Of a DNA stretch of 39,963 nt, positions 19,671-27,003 are shown in pieces (position 1 is the stretch's first letter; every line of letters begins with the position of its first letter). The translations under genes were made by a program, and so were the position numbers. This DNA comes from Candidatus Bathyarchaeia archaeon (GTDB lineage Archaea > Thermoproteota > Bathyarchaeia > Bathyarchaeales > Bathycorpusculaceae): assembly GCA_041479765.1 (NCBI GenBank), contig JBGOYR010000001.1, positions 1 through 39,963 of the forward strand, written 5' to 3'. The notes under the pieces were generated by a model. That model made no database searches, was not told the DNA's origin, and saw only the letters and a list, made by a program, of their open reading frames with translations.

Positions 19671-20843
19671 CTATTTTATCTTCTTGACGACCTTCTCTAT
19701 ACGGTCCATTGCCTTTTCCAATTGCTCATATGCGGCAGCATAAGAGATTCTAATATAGCCTTCTCCATAGTTACCGAAAGCAGAGCCCGGAACCGTTACT
19801 ACGCCAGCCTCCTTGACGAGAAACTCGGCGAACTCCTCTGAGGACTTGTCAAATCCTCTGATGTTCGGAAAAACGTAGAAGGCACCCTTCGGAAGCGCAC
19901 ATCTGAAAGGAGGCATCGCGCTAAGCCGCTTATGAACAAGGCGTCGACGTCTGTCGAACTCCAGAACCATACCTTCGACAAGTTCCTGTGGGCCCCGTAA
20001 CGCGGCCAACCCCATATACTGTGAAGGACTGTCAACTGAAGCAACCGTGTATTGATGAACTAGCCATAGTGGGGCAAGAAGCTCCTTAGGGCCGTAAACA
20101 TATCCGACCCTTAGACCTGTCATCGCATAAGTCTTCGAGAAGGAGTTAACTATCAAAGTGCGTTCACGCATCCCTGGAAACGTCGCAAGATTATAGTGTT
20201 TGGCGCCATCGTAGACCATCTTTTCATACACCTCGTCACAGATCACAAGCAAATCACGCTCGACAGCAATCTTCGTCAATGCTGCCGCTTCATCATAAGA
20301 AAGAACGGCACCGGTCGGATTACTTGGGAAGTTAAGAATAATCACACGTGACTTGTCCGTAACAAGTGACATCACATCGCCGGCCGACGGCCTAAAATCG
20401 TTCTTTTCAAGCAAAGGGACAGACACGGGAACAGCCCCAGCCAGTGTCACACATGGTTCGTAAAGTACAAATCCAGGATTCGGAATCAGCACTTCATCAC
20501 CAGGATTCACCAAACCCATCAACGCCAGAAAGATTGCCTCGGTCCCACCTACAGTAATCAAGATCTCTGAATCAGGATCATAGTTGAGTCCATAATCGCG
20601 GTAGGCCTTTTGGGCAAGCGCCTCGCGGAGTTCAGGGATACCGTTGGTTGGGGCATAGTGCGTCTTACCATTTCGTGTAGCTTGGCAACCAGCGTCTACA
20701 ACGTGTTGCGGAGGCGAAAAGTCGGGCTCCCCCACGCTCAAATTTATCGAATTCCGCATTTCACTGGCCAAAGCGAAAAACCGGCGTATTCCTGACGGCT
20801 TTATGTGTTTAAGGCGTTCCGCGGGTTTGAAACGTGAAGCCAA
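19671..20843 (-). CDS. Class I/II PLP-dependent aminotransferase (aspartate aminotransferase-like)
   Basis: It has FPSNPTGAV and SFSKTYAMTGLRVGY (PLP lysine). The track ORF extends to 21035 (454 aa). A TTG at 20843 lies 6 nt after GAGGAG and gives a typical ~390-aa protein beginning (M)ASRFKPAERLKHIKPSGIRRFF. An ATG at 20966 is another option. Confidence 0.8.
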   Translation of the reverse strand: MASRFKPAERLKHIKPSGIRRFFALASEMRNSINLSVGEPDFSPPQHVVDAGCQATRNGKTHYAPTNGIPELREALAQKAYRDYGLNYDPDSEILITVGGTEAIFLALMGLVNPGDEVLIPNPGFVLYEPCVTLAGAVPVSVPLLEKNDFRPSAGDVMSLVTDKSRVIILNFPSNPTGAVLSYDEAAALTKIAVERDLLVICDEVYEKMVYDGAKHYNLATFPGMRERTLIVNSFSKTYAMTGLRVGYVYGPKELLAPLWLVHQYTVASVDSPSQYMGLAALRGPQELVEGMVLEFDRRRRLVHKRLSAMPPFRCALPKGAFYVFPNIRGFDKSSEEFAEFLVKEAGVVTVPGSAFGNYGEGYIRISYAAAYEQLEKAMDRIEKVVKKIK

Positions 20844-21025
20844 GGCATGCTCCTCAGTAGCAATAACCCCGCTCGGAATAAAATGTTTGTGTTCTAGAAT
20901 CTGTCCTATAAAACACGGAACTGCGATAGTTTTAAGAGCGAAGCCTGTATACAAAGTCGTATTCATTACGTATAACGCCTGAGGAGAGAGATTTGAAGCT
21001 GAAAGAGGGCCTTCAACCGTGGCTA

Positions 21026-21472
21026 ATGAGCTCACTGAACGACCCCATTACAAAAATTCTGGCCAAAAACAGCCACTTAACCACAACGCAGCTAGAAACA
21101 CTCTTGATCGACATTTTGTCCGACAATATAGCTGGCAAAACGCTGAAATACGACGAAAAGGCCTCCTTGAGACTAACTAAGGCGAAAATAACCCGCGGCG
21201 CCTTTAACAGGACAGCCAGACAGGCAAAAGAGAACGTCATAAAATCCATCTATACAGTATTGCTCCTAGGGTACTTGGGAATCTTCGAAAGCACGGTTCT
21301 GGACCCCTACCTAGAAATAGCGCACAAATTGCGGGACTATCTGGAGGCCTACAAAAGCATCCCGAACACGAGCGACAAACTGGAAGAGCATCTAAAAGTC
21401 ATAGAAATGATAAGAGAAGAGCTTGAAACGAGCCTAGAACAGCTCTCAAATCCATCAGAAGGCCTTTCGTGA
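21026..21472 (+). CDS. Hypothetical protein, possible HTH (Tfx / sigma-70 region-4-like) DNA-binding protein
   Basis: Start is either the ATG at 21026 or the TTG at 20993. LTTTQLETLL...KITRGAFNRTARQAKENVIKSI resembles an HTH followed by a helical tail. The coding call comes from ORF length and ordinary amino-acid composition. Confidence 0.5.
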   Translation: MSSLNDPITKILAKNSHLTTTQLETLLIDILSDNIAGKTLKYDEKASLRLTKAKITRGAFNRTARQAKENVIKSIYTVLLLGYLGIFESTVLDPYLEIAHKLRDYLEAYKSIPNTSDKLEEHLKVIEMIREELETSLEQLSNPSEGLS

Positions 21473-21755
21473 CGTCACAAGTCACATAAGAAGTGATGTC
21501 GTTTCAGGCACTTGTGATGCAATCAAACGAGCAGCCGTAAACAAGTCTGGTTTCTGTGATAGAGCCTAAAATGAGGTGGTCAGGAGGTACTAAATCGCCC
21601 AAGTACCGCATGGTCTTTGGCGTCTTGGCTGTGACGTGTGATGTCATGGAACCATCAACTCATGGTAAGAACCATAAATCTTAAATGCTGTCATGGTAGA
21701 AGTGTGATGTGTGATGCAACACGATAAAATCACACATGATCACATGTGAATCACA
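21470..21755. repeat. Dense array of TCACA/TGTGA cores (mostly TGTGATG / ATCACA), likely an operator array
   Basis: Exact cores lie at 21474, 21481, 21513, 21555, 21630, 21637, 21703, 21710, 21729, 21739, 21745 and 21750, plus an AGTGATG variant at 21492. There is a 10-bp palindrome TCACATGTGA at 21740-21749, a TGACGTCA palindrome at 21470-21477, and TGTCATGG twice (21643, 21687). Confidence 0.8.
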
Positions 21756-21767
21756 GAGAGGGCGAAC

Positions 21768-22481
21768 TTGCCAGAGATCTTGCTTATCCTTGCGGCAGCA
21801 ATACTTGCTGTAACGGCAGGCATCTTGGTCAGGCATCTGCGAGAACTTCGCAAGGCTCAGAAGGCGTACCAAAAAGCTAGAGAAGCGGTTGAAGATATTG
21901 TCTTGAGTTTCAATAGACAGTTCAAACGTGCGGCGGAACGCTTAGAACTCGTTGCGTACAAGGTTGAGGCTAACACTTCGCGTAGTAATAGGGCTGTAAG
22001 TAAAGCGGAAGAGGTTGAGAAGCAACTTCACGCGTTAGGTGAAAGATTTGGCTCTGCCTTAGAGGACAAGAACAAAGTAGCAGCGAGAATTGATGAAGTT
22101 GACCAACGAGTACGTGATATCGTCACATCACAGGAAGCGTTTACTACGAGAATCTTGAGCCTAGAAGAACAGGCGAAGAAGCTTTCAGTGATTCCTGAGC
22201 CAAATGTTGAAGCAGTCATCCCCATAAAGAGAGATAAAGCGTTAGCTCCGTTGACGGGAACTGAGTTAGCGGCACTTGAGATGTTGGCTGCTGAGGGGCC
22301 TAAGACAGCGCCTGAGATTAAGTGGCGGATAAGACTTAGCAGGGAACATACAGCACGGTTGATGAAGAAGCTTTACGAAGAGGGATACTTGGAAAGAGAC
22401 CCGAGCAAGATTCCGTTTAAGTATAGCGTTAAGAAAGAGATGGAGAGACTGCTTAAGAAACCTGAAGGCCAAGCAACGTAG
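21768..22481 (+). CDS. Membrane-anchored coiled-coil protein with C-terminal winged-helix (MarR/TrmB-like) domain
   Basis: 237 aa with a TTG start. It has an N-terminal TM helix (ILLILAAAILAVTAGILV), about 130 aa of heptad-like charged helix, then LTGTELAALEMLAAEGPKTAPEIKWRIRLSREHTARLMKKLYEEGYLER. Confidence 0.6.
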   Translation: MPEILLILAAAILAVTAGILVRHLRELRKAQKAYQKAREAVEDIVLSFNRQFKRAAERLELVAYKVEANTSRSNRAVSKAEEVEKQLHALGERFGSALEDKNKVAARIDEVDQRVRDIVTSQEAFTTRILSLEEQAKKLSVIPEPNVEAVIPIKRDKALAPLTGTELAALEMLAAEGPKTAPEIKWRIRLSREHTARLMKKLYEEGYLERDPSKIPFKYSVKKEMERLLKKPEGQAT

Positions 22482-22643
22482 CCTATTGTGGAGCACTGAC
22501 TCATTGATACTGAGCTATTTCAGGCGCTTCTCCATACTTGAGAGCCCTGTGATTCTGGAAGCCTATAATCCACTTCCCCTCTTCTCTCAACCCCACCCCT
22601 ATTGGCATTTTGCTTGAAAAAGAGCTTGAACGCGATGCTGTTC

Positions 22644-23075
22644 TCAAGACGTCTGTTGTTTGATGATTGCTTGCGAGATTTCTGGAGCCGTTTTGTACTT
22701 AAAGCTATTAAATGCTCCCGACTTCAACACTGTTCCTTTTCCTGTCATCCTTGCAAGGTAGGTTGCAACGGTGCTTAAGCTGATGGGCTCCTTGAACTCC
22801 TGTTCATAGACGGACTGGACCTCTCTTGAAGAGAACCAGACGACCGGAAAGTGTTTCTGAACCACACTACGAACCTTGTCATACTTAGATCGCTCAGCAC
22901 TGGCAACAGTGTCACCAACGGTTGGGCTGTTTCCGCCACTTGGCATACCGCCAAGCAACTCGACCAAATCCAGAAGTCGTAGAGCCTTGTCTCTAGTCAC
23001 TTGTCCCTCGAAGCTTATCGAGTATCGATTCCCCTCAGTATCTGATAGCTCAACGCGAATTTTCTTGGCAGGCAT
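22644..23075 (-). CDS. Small winged-helix DNA-binding protein (uncharacterised)
   Basis: I prefer the ATG at 23075 (MPAKKIRVELSD...); the track start is a GTG at 23120. The C-terminal part FSSREVQSVYEQEFKEPISLSTVATYLARMTGKGTVLKSG looks like a wHTH. Confidence 0.55.
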   Translation of the reverse strand: MPAKKIRVELSDTEGNRYSISFEGQVTRDKALRLLDLVELLGGMPSGGNSPTVGDTVASAERSKYDKVRSVVQKHFPVVWFSSREVQSVYEQEFKEPISLSTVATYLARMTGKGTVLKSGAFNSFKYKTAPEISQAIIKQQTS

Positions 23076-23099
23076 TGACGTTGCGCACCTTAAGGCGGT

Positions 23100-23423
23100 C
23101 TTCACAACTTTACACTTCACATGTTATAGGTATTACGGTGAAAACAGCAGCAGTAAAAAAGGAGAAGGAAGCCAGAACGGCGAAAAGTGGCGAGGATTGA
23201 GGTTTTAATGACATTACAGGCTTCACAGGGTTGCCCAGCCGTATTTGGAAAGAGGAAAAGCCGCAAGTCTGTAGTTCCAATAGAAGCCTAGGGGTGCACA
23301 TTTCACAGAAACGAAACACGAACAGGGCAATAAAGGTAAAAAGAAGGAAGCGAAAGAAACGTTTCGCAGTTAACTTCACAAGGACTTCACAAAGTGTGAA
23401 GGAAAGATGCTGTCGACTTCACA
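23100..23423. repeat. CTTCACA heptamer (iteron-like) array
   Basis: Exact CTTCACA on the + strand occurs at 23100, 23115, 23221, 23374, 23385 and 23417, with an inverted copy TGTGAAG at 23395. This forms the 17-bp palindrome CTTCACA-AAG-TGTGAAG (23385-23401). Variants are TTTCACA at 23301 and TTTCACT at 23462. Confidence 0.8.
23275..23296 (+). other. ORB-like origin recognition box 1
   Basis: TTCCAATAGAAGCCTAGGGGTG: a TTCCA...GAAG dyad-like half followed by a GGGG string. Confidence 0.6.
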
Positions 23424-23541
23424 TACATTAGAGCCTTCGGCGAAATCTGGTCTGAGAAAAATTTCACTAGGAGTTTCCAAAACACACCAAAAAGCAGGCA
23501 AGGGCATGAGAAGTACATACCCATTACCGTTCGAGCACCGG

Positions 23542-23563
23542 CACCCCTTGACTTCCATTGGAA
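23542..23563 (-). other. ORB-like origin recognition box 2 (inverted)
   Basis: The reverse complement is TTCCAATGGAAGTCAAGGGGTG, identical to box 1 at 19 of 22 positions. It contains the palindrome TTCCATTGGAA. Confidence 0.6.
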
Positions 23564-23584
23564 ACTCTTGCGAAGTAGAAAGAC

Positions 23585-23725
23585 TGCTGTTTACTCTGCA
23601 TAAAGATTTCCTGTTTTCATCTAAAAACTTTAACTGATGTATTTTAAATCACGAAATCACTACTTACCGTACAGGGTATATCTCTTCATTAGGAAGAGAT
23701 CCACATTATTTTGCAAACTAATACA
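23585..23725. other. AT-rich stretch, candidate duplex unwinding element
   Basis: By hand count, 23591-23650 has 15 G/C in 60 nt. It lies between inverted ORB box 2 and the half-box and box 3. Confidence 0.5.
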
Positions 23726-23736
23726 GGATCTGCACA

Positions 23737-23751
23737 GGAAAGACAGGGGTG
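23737..23751 (+). other. Half ORB-like element (G-string half only)
   Basis: GGAAAGACAGGGGTG shares the GGAA...AGGGGTG half with boxes 1-3 but lacks the TTCCA arm. Confidence 0.35.
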
Positions 23752-23854
23752 TGTGGGCATGACCATTAACCCCAGTATTTCATATGGTGAATCTGGCTCG
23801 GTTTTACGCTTCTTGTGCGGCTGATTTAGTTTTCTGTACGGCAGGTCTTATCTT

Positions 23855-23874
23855 TTCCACGAGAAGTAGGGGTG
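23855..23874 (+). other. ORB-like origin recognition box 3
   Basis: TTCCACGAGAAGTAGGGGTG has the same architecture as box 1 with a 2-nt shorter spacer. It overlaps the GTG (23872) that opens the orc1/cdc6 ORF. Confidence 0.55.
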
Positions 23875-25152
23875 TTGCTTCTGAAAGAGAGAGTGAGGAC
23901 TTTGGATAACTCAAACATACTCGACGATGTATTCGATAAATGCGTCAGCAACACGAGAATTTTCAAGGATCGAGAAGTGTTGAGGCATGATTATCTGCCC
24001 GGTAGGCTACCTCACCGTGAGGAACAGATCAGAGAACTTGGCGAAACCGTGGCACCGGTTCTGAAGGGGGCGAGAAGCTCTAACATTTTCATATATGGAA
24101 ATACTGGCACGGGGAAGACAGCGGTGGCAAAATATGTCCTGAGCCACTTAGAAGCCAAGGCCAAGGAGTTCAACGCACCAGTGAGGTTCTGTTACGTGAA
24201 TTGCCGCATGGCCGCGTCGGAATACCGCGTCTTTGCGAGTTTGTGCCAAAGCACAGGAATCACTGTCCCGTTCACAGGTCTTTCCGTTGGTGAAGTCTTT
24301 GACAGGTTTCGAACAAGCTTGGACGCCTCTAAAATAATATTCATCATAGTTTTGGATGAGATTGACGCCTTGATCAAAAGCCGTGGTGATGGGCTCCTAT
24401 ATGAATTGACGAGAATCAATGAAACCTTGGCCAGAAGCAAGGTTTCTGTGATCGGCATCTCAAATGACCTTCGCATGAAAGAGTTCCTTGATCCGCGCGT
24501 ATTGAGTTCGCTTAGTGAGGAAGAGCTTGTCTTTAGGCCCTACGATGCTGACGAGCTGAAAAATATCCTTTCCGAGCGGGCGGTCTTGGCATTCTTCGAT
24601 TCAGCTCTATCTGCTGGCGCTTTGGCTCTTTGTGCAGCATTAGCGGCTGCGGAACACGGAGACGCTAGACGAGCCCTGGATCTGTTGCGAGTTGCTGGGG
24701 AAGTTGCGGAGAGAAAGGGTGCAACGGGAGTTGTCGATGAGCATGTTAGGGAGGCCGAAAAACACATTGAGCACAACCGTGTCGTTGAGGGTCTCAAAAA
24801 CCTAACGCTTCATTCGAAGCTTGTGGTATTGAGCGTTTACCACCTCAAACTCGCCAACGTCAACAGTGCAGTGACAGGCGATATCTACGATGTCTACAGC
24901 GAACTGTGCATGGAGCTAGGCGTTATGGCGTTGACGCAACGCCGTTTATGTACATTGGTAAACGAGCTTGACGCTATGGGGTTGTTGAATGCGAAAGTTG
25001 TCAGCATGGGCAGATATGGCCGAACAAAGAAGATCAGATTGGAGTTGCCACGCACGCTCGTCAAGGACGTTTTTGCAGAAGACAACAGGCTTGGTCCCTT
25101 AGTTGCTTACTTGCCGAAATGCCTTGCAAAACACGCACCTAATAGCAGTTGA
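23872..25152 (+). CDS. cdc6: Orc1/Cdc6 replication initiator
   Basis: 426 aa. It has LPHREEQI, Walker A GNTGTGKTA, Walker B IIVLDEID and a C-terminal winged helix. The start is uncertain: GTG 23872, GTG 23893 and TTG 23902 are all in frame. Confidence 0.9.
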   Translation: MLLLKERVRTLDNSNILDDVFDKCVSNTRIFKDREVLRHDYLPGRLPHREEQIRELGETVAPVLKGARSSNIFIYGNTGTGKTAVAKYVLSHLEAKAKEFNAPVRFCYVNCRMAASEYRVFASLCQSTGITVPFTGLSVGEVFDRFRTSLDASKIIFIIVLDEIDALIKSRGDGLLYELTRINETLARSKVSVIGISNDLRMKEFLDPRVLSSLSEEELVFRPYDADELKNILSERAVLAFFDSALSAGALALCAALAAAEHGDARRALDLLRVAGEVAERKGATGVVDEHVREAEKHIEHNRVVEGLKNLTLHSKLVVLSVYHLKLANVNSAVTGDIYDVYSELCMELGVMALTQRRLCTLVNELDAMGLLNAKVVSMGRYGRTKKIRLELPRTLVKDVFAEDNRLGPLVAYLPKCLAKHAPNSS

Positions 25153-25170
25153 TGCGTCAGATTCAGAAAT

Positions 25171-26733
25171 CTAGGCGAACGATGCGACTGTAACCTCGAA
25201 TGTCTGAAGGTTCACTACTGGAACCTGACCTACCGTTGGCATCAGTCCCATTCTTTGCATGTAAGTTGTCTGTTCCTGCCATCCACCTGAGTTTATGATT
25301 GAAACTCCACGGTAGTTGACATACCCGAGCACGTGAACATGACCGGCGTGGAAGATGTCTGGGGCCCGCTCTATGACTAGAAAATCCCGACTTTCTGGCG
25401 ACAACATTGTCTTCCCACCATACAAGGGTGCCAGATGACGGCCCTGCAGGAGTAACTTCATGGCTTTCTCTGGATGTTGATAAGCCATGCCAGGAACAGT
25501 TGCCATGATGTCATCCAAGCTACGGCCATGGTCCATCAACACTTCCACCCCGTGAATGTTGACGGTGCACGGGTTTCCGAGGGAGTACACGTTTCGCGAT
25601 TCTTGTAGCGTTTCTAGGTACTCTTTGGATAATGCCGGTTGGGGAGCAGCTTTTCGTGTTGCATCATGATTCCCTGGTATGATCACGACTTCTATGTAGT
25701 CTGGGATTTGCTCGATGTATTTTGCTGCGTGCCGGTACTGTTTGTGGATGTCCTTAACCGCAAGTTCTTTCACTTGATTGGGGTATATGCCTATGCCGTC
25801 GACAATGTCACCTGCTACTAAGACGTATTTGACGTGGGCAGCAGTTTCTCTCATTTGCTCATTCCCATACTTACCATTGAGCCAAAGGACGAACCGACTG
25901 AAAGCTTCTCTGTTGAACTTGGCGCTTCCCACATGAAGGTCCGAAGTGAGCACAACATAGACAGGCTCTTGAGCGCGATGGGGAATCTTCTGGGCCACGT
26001 CCGGAAAGATAATGTCTTCAGCGATCAGCAGAGTGCCTCGTGTCTTGACTACGCTTAAGCAGACAACTTGGTCAAGTAGCAGCGCCCGAGCTTTCTTCTT
26101 GACTTCTTCAGGGGCGTTCTGAGGCACAAGAACTGTGATATTTGCCTGCAAATCTTCCACGGTTAAGATGGTTCTCTGCTTGGACTCGCGCTTCTCAGTC
26201 ACCATGCCTATTATCTTGAGTTTCGCGTTCGGCGCAGCTCGTAATGCATCTATAATCGAAGCCGCTGTTTTGACGTCTATGCGTTGCCTCAGGAGCTTCT
26301 CAATTCTCTTGAACCTGTCCCGAAAATACTCTAGATAATCGTCGATCGTGCCGTTCGTGCTGAGCTTGGTAGTGGGGTCTTCGATTACGTTGAGGTTTGG
26401 CTCGATCTCTCTTGCAAATGGGCGAAAGGGGTTCTTGGCTTCGGCTATTTGAGGTTCTGGTGTAGGCGTTTCTTTGGCAGGGTGTTCTGGCGGCTGAATA
26501 ACGATCTCTTTGGACGGTTCTGACTCTGACAGCAATTGTTCAAGGAAGCCCTTGTCGATGAAAAGCGGCTTCTCTTCGAGGTTTCCTATCTTCTGGAGTG
26601 CTTTGTTCATTATTTCACTTGGGTCTTCGCTTGCGGCTGCGACACTTAGGAATTCGAAGGCTTCTCGGTTCAGCTGGTAGCCTGCAGTGATTGTCAAAGC
26701 CACCGCTTTCTGCAGTTTCTCCGTTCCGCTCAT
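25171..26733 (-). CDS. polB: DNA polymerase II (family D) small subunit DP1
   Basis: 520 aa. It has an OB-fold region followed by calcineurin-like phosphoesterase motifs (DLHVGS, GDIVDG, GNHD, GHVH). Confidence 0.9.
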   Translation of the reverse strand: MSGTEKLQKAVALTITAGYQLNREAFEFLSVAAASEDPSEIMNKALQKIGNLEEKPLFIDKGFLEQLLSESEPSKEIVIQPPEHPAKETPTPEPQIAEAKNPFRPFAREIEPNLNVIEDPTTKLSTNGTIDDYLEYFRDRFKRIEKLLRQRIDVKTAASIIDALRAAPNAKLKIIGMVTEKRESKQRTILTVEDLQANITVLVPQNAPEEVKKKARALLLDQVVCLSVVKTRGTLLIAEDIIFPDVAQKIPHRAQEPVYVVLTSDLHVGSAKFNREAFSRFVLWLNGKYGNEQMRETAAHVKYVLVAGDIVDGIGIYPNQVKELAVKDIHKQYRHAAKYIEQIPDYIEVVIIPGNHDATRKAAPQPALSKEYLETLQESRNVYSLGNPCTVNIHGVEVLMDHGRSLDDIMATVPGMAYQHPEKAMKLLLQGRHLAPLYGGKTMLSPESRDFLVIERAPDIFHAGHVHVLGYVNYRGVSIINSGGWQEQTTYMQRMGLMPTVGQVPVVNLQTFEVTVASFA

Positions 26734-27003
26734 ACTTTAAAAGCTCTCCAAACATGAGACAAGAGAGTTTGCGCCTCGATGTCTCCTTCTTGTGCTGCAC
26801 TCTTAAGGGTTGCTAGAAAGCTTCTTTGGTGTCGCATTGGCACCTGCAAGGCTGCGTTTGATGAAGGCAGAAGGCTTTCCTGCCATGGTTTTCGACTATA
26901 AGAAGCGCCTCTAGTCATAACTCCTGCCCGCATGTTTATAGTTTGAGCCCTTGTTTAGATGTGTTAATATTCTAGTTCCGAATATGGTTTGAACACTAGG
27001 TGG

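Noticed and set aside
21470-21760. A possible second replication origin at the TGTGAT array
   Set aside because: I could find no ORB-like TTCCA...GGGG box and no extended AT-rich stretch. Its position between a TATA-like box and a start codon fits an operator array better.
22593-22608. CACCCCTATTGGCA, which shares the AGGGGTG and CCAAT pieces of the ORB-like boxes
   Set aside because: It lacks the TTCCA...GAAG arm and the normal spacing, and it sits between two convergent gene ends. It is probably a chance partial match.
20993-23120. An integrated mobile element or provirus carrying the three hypothetical genes
   Set aside because: I saw no integrase, transposase, terminal direct repeats or tRNA-adjacent att-like duplication. 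The flanking repeats are promoter and origin motifs rather than element ends.
23110-23637. Three short ORFs (23110..23379 -, 23231..23431 +, 23407..23637 +) inside the cdc6 upstream region
   Set aside because: They overlap the heptamer repeats, purine tracts and ORB-like boxes. They have low-complexity or odd composition and no SD. I interpret the region as non-coding origin DNA.
26730-26933. 67-aa ORF whose stop overlaps the DP1 start (ATGA)
   Set aside because: The overlap hints at translational coupling. However, there is no recognisable motif or SD, and a TATA-like box abuts its ATG, so the transcript probably starts inside it. I left it unannotated, though conservation in relatives would change this.
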